Shown here one piece after another: positions 49,001 to 60,200 of a stretch of 64,000 nt of DNA; positions within the stretch are counted from its first letter, which is position 1, and the number at the start of each line of letters is the position of its first letter. The stretch covers positions 224,812,001-224,876,000 of the forward strand of contig OZ024741.1 of assembly GCA_964016885.1 (NCBI GenBank), read 5' to 3'. The notes beneath the pieces were generated by a model, which did not search any database, had not been told where the DNA came from, and was given only the letters and a program-made list of their open reading frames with translations. The DNA comes from Eledone cirrhosa. Lineage: Eukaryota. Both the position numbers and the translations under genes were made by a program.

Positions 49001-49702
49001 GATTTGGTACGAGTGATGAAGAATGTGTCCCGCATATGCGACCCAACAGAAATGGAAAGACACATCCAACACTTCATCAACCGTATGCAGTTCTCTGGCT
49101 ACAACCAAAGAGACAGAGTCAGAGTATACGAAGGAGCCATGGAGAAGTATAAGACCCTCATAGAACTGGAAATGAAAGGAATTCGCCCATTATACAGGAG
49201 CAAATCATGGAATAGCTTAGATAGGGCTAGGCATAAGATAGGGAAAGCCACCTCATGGTACGACAACCAGAGATACCAGAGTGTCATGTTTGTGGACGCT
49301 ACCCCTGGAGGGAAATTAGCTAACCAGTGTAGAAAGGCCCTGAGAAAGACCCACTTAAAGATTAAGGTGGTAGAAAAGCCAGGAACCACCATAAAATCCC
49401 TGATCAGCAAAACATACCCTTTTAAGAAAACCCACTGTACTAATAGGAAATGTATCATATGTAAGGTTAACCCCCGGATAAACTGTAAAACTAGAAACGT
49501 AGTCGATAGCATAAGATGTACAGAGGGTACTTGCAGAAACATGACAACAACATACATAGGCGAGACAGCTCGTAGCATAGGTGAAAGGATAGACCAACAC
49601 TGGGGGGTGGGGGGTGGTGGTAGAAGGCCAAGGCTAAACAGAAAGAATGAATGGAATAACAACAACACCCAAACAAACAACACTGACCTAAGTGAAGTAT
49701 AA
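46049..49702 (+). pseudogene. Disrupted PLE polyprotein: N-terminal domain, Asn-rich insert, reverse transcriptase, thumb, Cys-rich linker, GIY-YIG endonuclease
   Basis: Motifs: LQLPPKFA..ELEK..KIRW; TRLPFNKRVCVP (~47500); PTDKSGR; LYGLRKDHK..PPTRSVC; RT motif A IIGSMDVVSLYPSI (~48156-48197); YTQNEGAAIG (~48548); catalytic YSRYIDD (~48673-48693); LPVLD; CTNRKCIIC..C; VVDSIRC..C..YIGETARS..ER..QH. Lesions: in-frame TGA at 47078, TAA at 47441, frameshifts at ~47557 and ~48445, and a deletion in the EN at ~49608. Confidence 0.92.
47168..47350 (+). repeat. In-frame 24-bp tandem repeat (alternating, 48-bp dimer) encoding NHSNNTSS/NHNNNTSN, ~7.5 units, inside the PLE ORF
   Basis: aatcacagcaacaatacatctagc and aatcataacaacaatacatctaa(t/c) alternate. 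Confidence 0.92.
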
Positions 49703-50165
49703 ATAAATAAATAGATAAATAAATAAATAAATACATACACAAGCACAATAACAACAAACACATATAAACACACACTAGTAAAGATAGAATACATTAACCA
49801 ATACACAGTCACCCAATCACGAACACACATCAAACAAAACATTATACACACACGCAAACGCATGCGCAAAGAAGACAAAACAAATAAACAAATAAATAAA
49901 TATATAAACAGACTAAATAAAGATGGCGTAGAAAATACAATGTAACAGGAGGAAACAATAGCACCACTGATGATGTTGCAGATGTGCAACGAAAGAACTT
50001 CGATAAACTATATATATGTGTTTGTGTCTATATTGTATCTGTATTATTTTTGACCGTTGGTCAGTCAATGGCAACATTGAGGACCGAATAAATTAGATTA
50101 CCGATGTTCTGTTATTAATTCTGGCAATATTACACAAATATGACCCTCCCCAAATATAACAATAT
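49515..50165 (+). repeat. Downstream pseudo-LTR of the PLE, ending a few codons into a second ORF start (MTLPKYNN), then (AT)n
   Basis: Matches 45239-46074 apart from about a dozen point differences and two deletions (151 bp replaced by 13 bp; 46 bp). Confidence 0.93.
49958..50011 (+). ncRNA. Minimal type I hammerhead ribozyme motif in the downstream pLTR
   Basis: ATAGCACCA-CTGATGA-T-GTTGCA(GATG)TGCAAC-GAAA-GAAC-TT-CGATAAACTAT. Confidence 0.8.
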
Positions 50166-50292
50166 ATATATATATATATATTGGTAAACGGAAAAGAAAA
50201 TGCTGACAAATTGTTCACAGTGAAAAATAGTTTAATTAGGAATAAGTGAGAATTAGTAATAGTATTGGTTAGTATTCAGTTTTAGTTTTAAG

Positions 50293-50328
50293 TTTTACCG
50301 GTTGCGCATTTCTAATGCCTTTCAAAAA
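50293..50328 (-). ncRNA. Variant hammerhead-like motif in a probable pLTR remnant (50182-50370) of another PLE family
   Basis: The minus strand reads TTT-TTGAAAG-GCAT(TAGAA)ATGC-GCAA-CCGG-TA-AAA. It has hammerhead topology with palindromic stem III ACCGGT, but the core deviates from CUGANGA/GAAA. Confidence 0.35.
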
Positions 50329-50369
50329 TAATTTTGAGATAGAGCGTCCGTGATGTTTGCTCTAATCTG

Positions 50370-50370
<1 letters not shown>

Positions 50371-50450
<80 letters not shown>
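50371..50450. repeat. (TA)n microsatellite (~40 units); a shorter (AT)n lies at 50162-50181
   Basis: Direct reading. Confidence 0.97.
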
Positions 50451-50451
<1 letters not shown>

Positions 50452-50620
50452 TGTTCCATTCGTATGAAATCATCAGGAATACTCTGATGATTTCATACGA
50501 ATGAAACAGTTCTAGTCCTGTAGAAAACATTTCTATATTAAATAATAATGTTTACACTACTAATGTATTGAGTTTCTTTTTAACTATGGTTAGCTTCGAT
50601 TTAACTCGGGATCTATACGC
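50451..50620 (+). mobile_element. Short PLE-like remnant: 26-bp fold-back (50451-50476/50484-50509) over a CTGATGA...GAAAC hammerhead-like core
   Basis: ctgttccattcgtatgaaatcatcag-gaatact-ctgatgatttcatacgaatgaaacag, 25/26 complementary. It starts directly at the end of (TA)n. The right boundary is approximate. Confidence 0.5.
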
Positions 50621-50860
50621 ACACACACACATACATGCGCGCACACACATACGCACACACACATATATGTATATATGGATGTATGAATGTATGTATGTAT
50701 TTATGTATGTATGTGTGTGTGTTTGTGTCTGTATGTGCGTGTGTGTGAGAGAGAATATTTGTATGTATCTGTGCGTGCTCAAGTATTTATATATGTGTTT
50801 GTATATGAATATATATGGATATATGTACATGTGTGCAAGTGTATATATGTATATGTTGAA
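50616..50860. repeat. Degenerate (CA)n then (TG/TATG)n microsatellite
   Basis: Direct reading. Confidence 0.8.
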
Positions 50861-50959
50861 TGAGTGATACTTCTATCACGTCCTTTCTTATGACACAATG
50901 TATATATAGTGGGAATTGTAGAAATTGGGTAGAAGAAGCTTAAATCTAATACTGAATTA

Positions 50960-51129
50960 CCGTATATCTCGGCGTCGAAGACGCAACTTTTTTTCCCTAA
51001 AATAAGTCTCAAAAATCTACCTTGCGTCCTGGATGCCGAAGATTGTTTTTTATTTTTTTTCAAATTTTTTGTTGTCAAAATTAGGGTGCATCCTCGAGGA
51101 CGAAGCGTCTTCGGCGCCGGGAAATACGG
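50960..51129. mobile_element. 170-bp MITE, Tc1/mariner superfamily (Tc2/pogo-type CCGTA termini), TA target-site duplication
   Basis: TA|CCGTATATCTCGGCGTCGAAGACGC ... GCGTCTTCGGCGCCGGGAAATACGG|TA: 25-bp TIRs with 3 mismatches. Internal partial TIR copies (tgcgtcctggatgccg, tgcatcctcgaggacg) are present. Confidence 0.85.
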
Positions 51130-51299
51130 TATATAAGGTGAGTGTGTTAATGTCAAAAAAAAAAAATACATAAGTGGTTTTTATGTGAACATAATAGACA
51201 CAGTTTAAATAAGTTCGCAGGTTAAACATATCGAGGAAATGTTGACTAAATTGATAAAATGTAAGAAGCAGTGTGATGATGTTGACTAGAGAGCCACAG

Positions 51300-54200
51300 A
51301 TGTTGATTAAATGAGACCCAACGTAGAAATGTTGACTGGTTAGATACATTGTGAATATGTTGACAAAGGAGACCCAACGTAGAAATGTTGACTGGTTAGA
51401 CACATTGTGAATATGTTGACAAAGGAGACCCAACGTAGAAATGTTGACTGGTTAGATACATTGTTAATATGTTGACAAAGGAGACCCAACGTAGATATGT
51501 TGACTGGTTAGACACATTGTGAATATGTTAACAGATGAGACCCAACGTAGAAATGTTGACTGGTTAGACACATTGTGAATATGTTGACAAAGGAGACCCA
51601 ACGTAGAAATGTTGACTGGTTAGATACATTGTTAATATGTTGACAAAGGAGACCCAACGTAGAAATGTTGACTGGTTAGACACATTGTGAATATGTTGAC
51701 AGATGAGACCCAACGTAGAAATGTTGACTGGTTAGACACATTGTGAATATGTTGACAGATGAGACCCAACGTAGAAATGTTGACTGGTTAGACACATTGT
51801 GAATATGTTGACAAAGGAGACCCAACGTAGAAATGTTGACTGGTTAGATACATTGTGAATATGTTGACAGATGAGACCCAACGTAGAAATGTTGACTGGT
51901 TAGACACATTGTGAATATGTTGACAAAGGAGACCCAACGTAGATATGTTGACTGGTTAGACACATTGTGAATATGTTAACAGATGAGACCCAACGTAGAA
52001 ATGTTGACTGGTTAGACACATTGTGAATATGTTGACAGATGAGACCCAACGTAGAAATGTTAACTGGTTAGACACATTGTGAATATGTTGACAAAGGAGA
52101 CCCAACGTAGAAATGTTGACTGGTTAGACACATTGTGAATATGTTAACAGATAAGACCCAACGTAGAAATGTTGACTGGTTAGACACATTGTGAATATGT
52201 TAACAGATGAGAGCCAACGTAGAAATGTTGACTGGTTAGACACATTGTGAATATGTTGACAAAGGAGACCCAACGTAGAAATGTTGACTGGTTAGACACA
52301 TTGTGAATATGTTGACAAAGGAGACCCAACGTAGAAATAATGACTGGTTAGACACATTGTGAATATGTTGACAGATGAGAGCCAACGTAGAAATGTTGAC
52401 TGGTTAGACACATTGTGAATATGTTGACAGATGAGACCCAACGTAGAAATGTTGACTGGTTAGACACATTGTGAATATGTTGACAGATAAGACCCAACGT
52501 AGAAATGTTGACTGGTTAGACACATTGTGAATATGTTGACAAATGAGACCCAACGTAGAAATGTTGACTGGTTAGACACATTGTGAATATGTTAACAGAT
52601 GAGACCCAACGTAGAAATGTTGACTGGTTAGACACATTGTGAATATGTTAACAGATGAGACCCAACGTAGAAATGTTGACTGGTTAGACACATTGTGAAT
52701 ATGTTGACAAAGGAGACCCAACGTAGAAATATTGACTGGTTAGACACATTGTGAATATGTTGACAAAGGAGACCCAACGTAGAAATGTTGACTGGTTAGA
52801 CACATTGTGAATATGTTGACAGATGAAACCCAACGTAGATATGTTGACTGGTTAGACACATTGTGAATATGTTAACAGATGAGACCCAACGTAGATATGT
52901 TGACTGGTTAGACACATTGTGAATATGTTGACAGATGAGACCCAACGTAGAAATGTTGACTGGTTAGACACATTGTGAATATGTTGACAAAGGAGACCCA
53001 ACGTAGAAATGTTGACTGGTTAGACACATTGTGAATATGTTGACAAAGGAGACCCAACGTAGAAATGTTGACTGGTTAGACACATTGTGAATATGTTGAC
53101 AAAGGAGACCCAACGTAGAAATGTTGACTGGTTAGACACATTGTGAATATGTTGACAAAGGAGACCCAACGTAGAAATGTTGACTGGTTAGACACATTGT
53201 GAATATGTTGACAAAGGAGACCCAACGTAGAAATGTTGACTGGTTAGATACATTGTGAATATGTTGACAGATGAGACCCAACGTAGAAATGTTGACTGGT
53301 TAGACACATTGTGAATATGTTGACAAAGGAGACCCAACGTAGAAATGTTGACTGGTTAGATACATTGTGAATATGTTGACAGATGAGACCCAACGTAGAA
53401 ATGTTGACTGGTTAGACACATTGTGAATATGTTAACAGATGAGACCCAACGTAGAAATGTTGACTGGTTAGACACATTGTGAATATGTTGACAAATGAGA
53501 CCCAACGTAGAAATGTTGACTGGTTAGACAGATTGTGAATATGTTGACAGATGAGACCCAACGTAGAAATGTTGACTGGTTAGACACATTGTGAATATGT
53601 TAACAGATGAGACCCAACGTAGAAATGTTGACTGGTTAGACACATTGTGAATATGTTGACAAAGGAGACCCAACGTAGAAATATTGACTGGTTAGACACA
53701 TTGTGAATATGTTGACAAAGGAGACCCAACGTAGATATGTTGACTGGTTAGACACATTGTGAATATGTTAACAGATGAGACCCAACGTAGATATGTTGAC
53801 TGGTTAGACACACTGTGAATATGTTGACAGATGAGACCCAACGTAGAAATGTTGACTGGTTAGACACATTGTGAATATGTTGACAAAGGAGACCCAACGT
53901 AGAAATGTTGACTGGTTAGACACATTGTGAATATGTTGACAAAGGAGACCCAACGTAGAAATGTTGACTGGTTAGACACATTGTGAATATGTTGACAAAG
54001 GAGACCCAACGTAGAAATGTTGACTGGTTAGACACATTGTGAATATGTTGACAAAGGAGACCCAACGTAGAAATGTTGACTGGTTAGACACATTGTGAAT
54101 ATGTTGACAAAGGAGACCCAACGTAGAAATGTTGACTGGTTAGATACATTGTGAATATGTTGACAGATGAGACCCAACGTAGAAATGTTGACTGGTTAGA

Positions 54201-57200
54201 CACATTGTGAATATGTTGACAAAGGAGACCCAACGTAGAAATGTTGACTGGTTAGATACATTGTGAATATGTTGACAGATGAGACCCAACGTAGAAATGT
54301 TGACTGGTTAGACACATTGTGAATATGTTAACAGATGAGACCCAACGTAGAAATGTTGACTGGTTAGACACATTGTGAATATGTTGACAAATGAGACCCA
54401 ACGTAGAAATGTTGACTGGTTAGACACATTGTGAATATGTTAACAGATGAGACCCAACGTAGAAATGTTGACTGGTTAGACACATTGTGAATATGTTAAC
54501 AGATGAGACCCAACGTAGAAATGTTGACTGGTTAGACACATTGTGAATATGTTAACAGATGAGACCCAACGTAGAAATGTTGACTGGTTAGACACATTGT
54601 GAATATGTTAACAGATGAGACCCAACGTAGAAATGTTGACTGGTTAGACACATTGTGAATATGTTAACAGATGAGACCCAACGTAGAAATGTTGACTGGT
54701 TAGACACATTGTGAATATGTTAACAAAGGAGTCCCAACGTAGAAATGTTGACTGGTTAGACACATTGTGAATATGTTAACAGATGAGACCCAACGTAGAA
54801 ATGTTGACTGGTTAGACACATTGTGAATATGTTGACAGATGAGACCCAACGTAGAAATGTTGACTGGTTAGACACATTGTGTATATGTTAACAGATGAGA
54901 CCCAACGTAGAAATGTTGACTGGTTAGACACATTGTGAATATGTTAACAGATGAGACCCAACGTAGAAATGTTGACTGGTTAGACACATTGTGAATATGT
55001 TAACAGGTGAGAAACAACGTAGAAATGTTGACTGGTTAGACACATTGTGAATATGTTGACAGATGAGAGCCAACGTAGAAATGTTGACTGGTTAGACACA
55101 TTGTGAATATGTTAACAGATGAGACCCAACGTAGAAATGTTGACTGGTTAGACACATTGTGAATATGTTGACAGATGAGAGCCAACGTAGAAATGTTGAC
55201 TGGTTAGACACATTGTGAATATGTTAACAGATGAGACCCAACGTAGAAATGTTGACTGGTTAGACACATTGTGAATATGTTGACAGATGAGAGCCAACGT
55301 AGAAATGTTGACTGGTTAGACACATTGTGAATATGTTAACAGATGAGACCCAGCGTAGAAATGTTGACTGGTTAGACACATTGTGAATATGTTGACAGAT
55401 GAGAGCCAACGTAGAAATGTTGACTAGTTAGACACATTGTGAATATGTTAACAGATGAGACCCAACGTAGAAATGTTGACTGGTTAGACACATTGTGAAT
55501 ATGTTGACAGATGAGAGCCAACGTAGAAATGTTGACTGGTTAGACACATTGTGAATATGTTAACAGATGAGACCCAACGTAGAAATGTTGACTGGTTAGA
55601 CACATTGTGAATATGTTGACAAAGGAGACCCAACATAGAAATGTTGACTGGTTAGACACATTGTGAATATGTTAACAGATGAGACCCAACGTAGAAATGT
55701 TGACTGGTTAGACACATTGTGAATATGTTGACAGATGAGAGCCAACGTAGAAATGTTGACTGGTTAGACACATTGTGAATATGTTAACAGATGAGACCCA
55801 ACGTAGAAATGTTGACTGGTTAGACACATTGTGAATATGTTGACAGATGAGACCCAACGTAGAAATGTTGACTGGTTAGACACATTGTGAATATGTTAAC
55901 AGATGAGACCCAACGTAGAAATGTTGACTGGTTAGACACGTTGTGAATATGTTAACAGATGAGACGCAACGTAGAAATGTTGACTGGTTAGACACATTGT
56001 GAATATGTTAACAGATGAGACCCAACGTAGAAATGTTGACTGGTTAGACACATTGTGAATATGTTGACAGATGAGAGCCAACGTAGAAATGTTGACTGGT
56101 TAGACACATTGTGAATATGTTGACAGATGAGAGCCAACGTAGAAATGTTGACTGGTTAGACACATTGTGAATATGTTAACAGATGAGACCCAACGTAGAA
56201 ATGTTGACTGGTTAGACACATTGTGAATATGTTAACAGATGAGACCCAACGTAGAAATGTTGACTGGTTAGACACATTGTGAATATGTTAACAGATGAGA
56301 CCCAACGTCGAAATGTTGACTGGTTAGACACATTGTGAATATGTTAACAGATGAGACCCAACGTAGAAATGTTGACTGGTTAGACACATTGTGAATATGT
56401 TAACAGATGAGACCCAACGTAGAAATGTTGACTGGTTAGACACATTGTGAATATGTTAACAGATGAGACCCAACGTAGAAATGTTGACTGGTTAGACACA
56501 TTGTGAATATGTTAACAAAGGAGACCCAACGTAGAAATGTTGACTGGTTAGACACATTGTGAATCTGTTAACAGATGAGACCCAACGTAGAAATGTTGAC
56601 TGGTTAGACACATTGTGAATATGTTAACAGATGAGACCCAACGTAGAAATGTTGACTGGTTAGACACATTGTGAATATGTTGACAGATGAGAGCCAACGT
56701 AGAAATGTTGACTGGTTAGACACATTGTGAATATGTTAACAGATGAGGGCCAACGTAGAAATGTTGACTGGTTAGACACATTGTGAATATGTTGACAAAG
56801 GAGACCCAACGTAGAAATGTTGACTGGTTAGACACATTGTGAATATGTTCACAAAGGAGACCCAACGTAGAAATGTTGACTGGTTAGACACATTGTGAAT
56901 ATGTTGACAGAGGAGACCCAACGTAGAAATGTTGACTGGTTAGATACATTGTGAATATGTTGACAAAGGAGACCCAACGTAGAAATGTTGACTGGTTAGA
57001 CACATTGTGAATATGTTGACAGATGAGACCCAACGTAGAAATGTTGACTGGTTAGATACATTGTGAATATGTTAACAGATGAGACCCAACGTAGAAATGT
57101 TGACTGGTTAGATACATTGTGAATATGTTGACAGATGAGACCCAACGTAGAAATGTTGACTGGTTAGACACATTGTGAATATGTTAACAGATGAGACCCA

Positions 57201-60200
57201 ACGTAGAAATGTTGACTGGTTAGACACATTGTGAATATGTTGACAGATGAGACCCAACGTAGAAATGTTGACTGGTTAGACATATTGTGAATATGTTAAC
57301 AGATGAGACCCAACGTAGAAATGTTGACTGGTTAGACACATTGTGACTATGTTGACAAAGGAGACCCAACGTAGAAATGTTGACTGGTTAGACACATTGT
57401 GAATATGTTCACAAAGGAGACCCAACGTTGAAATATTGACTGGTTAGACACATTGTGAATATGTTCACAAAGGAGACCCAACGTAGAAATGTTGACTGGT
57501 TAGACACATTGTGAATATGTTAACAGATGAGACCCAACGTAGAAATGTTGACTGGTTAGACACATTGTGAATATGGTAACAGATGAAACCCAACGTAGAA
57601 ATGTTGACTGGTTAGACACATTGTGAATATGTTGACAAATGAGACCCAACGAAGAAATGTTGACTGGTTAGACACATTGTGAATATGTTAACAGATGAGA
57701 CCCAACGTAGAAATGTTGACTGGTTAGACACATTGTGAATATGTTGACAGATGAGACCCAACGTAGAAATGTTGACTGGTTAGACACATTGTGAATATGT
57801 TGACAAATGAGACCCAACGTAGAAATGTTGACTGGTTAGACACATTGTGAATATGTTGACAGATGAGACCCAACGTAGAAATGTTGACTGGTTAGACACA
57901 TTGTGAATATGTTGACAGATGAGGGCCAACGTAAAAATGTTGACTGGTTAGACACATTGTGAATATGTTGACAAAGGAGACCCAACGTAGAAATGTTGAC
58001 TGGTTAGACACATTGTGAATATGTTGACAAAGGAGACCCAAAGTAGAAATGTTGACTGGTTAGACACATTGTGAATATGTTAACAGATGAGACCCAACGT
58101 AGAAATGTTGACTGGTTAGACACATTGTGAATATGTTGACAGATGAGGGCCAACGTAGAAATGTTGACTGGTTAGACACATTGTGAATATGTTGACAAAG
58201 GAGACCCAACGTAGAAATGTTGACTGGTTAGACACATTGTGAATATGTTGACAAAGGAGACCCAACGTAGAAATGTTGACTGGTTAGATACATTGTGAAT
58301 ATGTTGACAGATGAGACCCAACGTAGAAATGTTGACTGGTTAGACACATTGCGAATATGTTGACAAATGAGACCCAACGTAGAAATGTTGACTGGTTAGA
58401 CACATTGTGAATATGTTAACAGATGAAACCCAACGTAGAAATGTTGACTGGTTAGACACATTGTGAATATGTTGACAGATGAGAGCCAACATAGAAATGT
58501 TGACTGGTTAGACACATTGTGAATATGTTGACAGATGAGAGCCAACGTAGAAATGTTGACTGGTTAGACACATTGTGAATATGTTGACAGATGAGAGCCA
58601 ACGTAGAAATGTTGACTGGTTAGACACATTGTGAATATGTTAACAGATGAGGGCCAACGTAGAAATGTTGACTGGTTAGACACATTGTGAATATGTTGAC
58701 AAAGGAGACCCAACGTAGAAATGTTGACTGGTTAGACACATTGTGAATATGTTGACAAAGGAGACCCAACGTAGAAATGTTGACTGGTTAGACACATTGT
58801 GAATATGTTAACAGATGAGACCCAACGTAGAAATGTTGACTGGTTAGACACATTGTGAATATGTTGACAAAGGAGACCCAACGTAGAAATGTTGACTAGT
58901 TAGACACATTGTGAATATGTTAACAGATGAGACCCAACGTAGAAATTTTGACTGGTTAGACACATTGTGAATATGTTGACAAAGGAGACCCAAAGTAGAA
59001 ATGTTGACTGGTTAGACACATTGTGAATATGTTAACAGATGAGACCCAACGTAGAAATGTTGACTGGTTAGACACATTGTGAATATGTTGACAAATGAGA
59101 CCCAACGTAGAAATGTTGACTGGTTAGACACATTGTGAATATGTTAACAGATGAGACCCAACGTAGAAATGTTGACTGGTTAGACACATTGTGAATATGT
59201 TGACAAATGAGACCCAACGTAGAAATGTTGACTGGTTAGACACATTGTGAATATGTTAACAGATGAGACCCAACGTAGAAATGTTGACTGGTTAGACACA
59301 TTGTGAATATGTTGACAAATGAGACCCAACGTAGAAATGTTGACTGGTTAGACACATTGTAAATATGTTGACAGATGAGACCCAACGTAGAAATGTTGAC
59401 TGGTTAGACACATTGTGAATATGTTGACAAAGGAGACCCAACGTAGAAATGTTGACTGGTTAGACACATTGTGAATATGTTGACAAAGGAGACTCAACGT
59501 AGAAATGTTGACTGGTTAGACACATTGTGAATATGTTGACAAAGGAGACCCAACGTAGATATGTTGACTGGTTAGATACATTGTGAATATGTTGACAAAG
59601 GAGACCCAACGTAGAAATGTTGACTGGTTAGACACATTGTGAATATGTTAACAGATGAGACCCAACGTAGAAATGTTGACTGGTTAGATACATTGTGAAT
59701 ATGTTGACGGATGAGACCCAACGTAGAAATGTTGACTGGTTAGACACATTGTGAATATGTTAACAGATAAGACCCAACGTAGAAATGTTGACTGGTTAGA
59801 CACATTGTGAATATGTTGACAGATGAGACCGAACGTAGAAATGTTGACTGGTTAGATACATTGTGAATATGTTAACAGATGAGACCCAACGTAGAAATGT
59901 TGACTGGTTAGACACATTGTGAATATGTTGACAAAGGAGACCCAAGGTAGAAATGTTGACTGGTTAGACACATTGTGAATATGTTGACAAAGGAGACCCA
60001 ACGTAGAAATGTTGACTGGTTAGACACATTGTGAATATGTTAACAGATGAGACCCAACGTAGAGATGTTGACTGGTTAGACACATTGTGAATATGTTGAC
60101 AGATGAGACCCAACGTAGAAATGTTGACTGGTTAGACACATTGTGAATATGTTGACAGATGAGACCCAACGTAGAAATGTTGACTGGTTAGAAACATTGT

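Larger units (their letters stand above)
45049..50165 (+). mobile_element. Penelope-like element (EN+ PLE, Nematis-like): inverted 5' segment + upstream pseudo-LTR (5'-truncated tandem copy) + full-length body + 3' pseudo-LTR
   Basis: PLE-type RT and C-terminal GIY-YIG motifs. Direct repeat 45239-46074 matches 49515-50165. Inverted repeat 45049-45239 is the reverse complement of 45947-46132. Both pLTRs contain hammerhead cores, and both ends abut (AT)n. The clade assignment comes from recalled motifs and is less certain than the PLE call. Confidence 0.93.

Noticed and set aside
45239-50165. LTR retrotransposon (long direct repeats)
   Set aside because: The repeats include coding sequence and lack TG..CA ends, PBS and PPT. 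There is no gag, protease or integrase, and the RT plus GIY-YIG identify a PLE.
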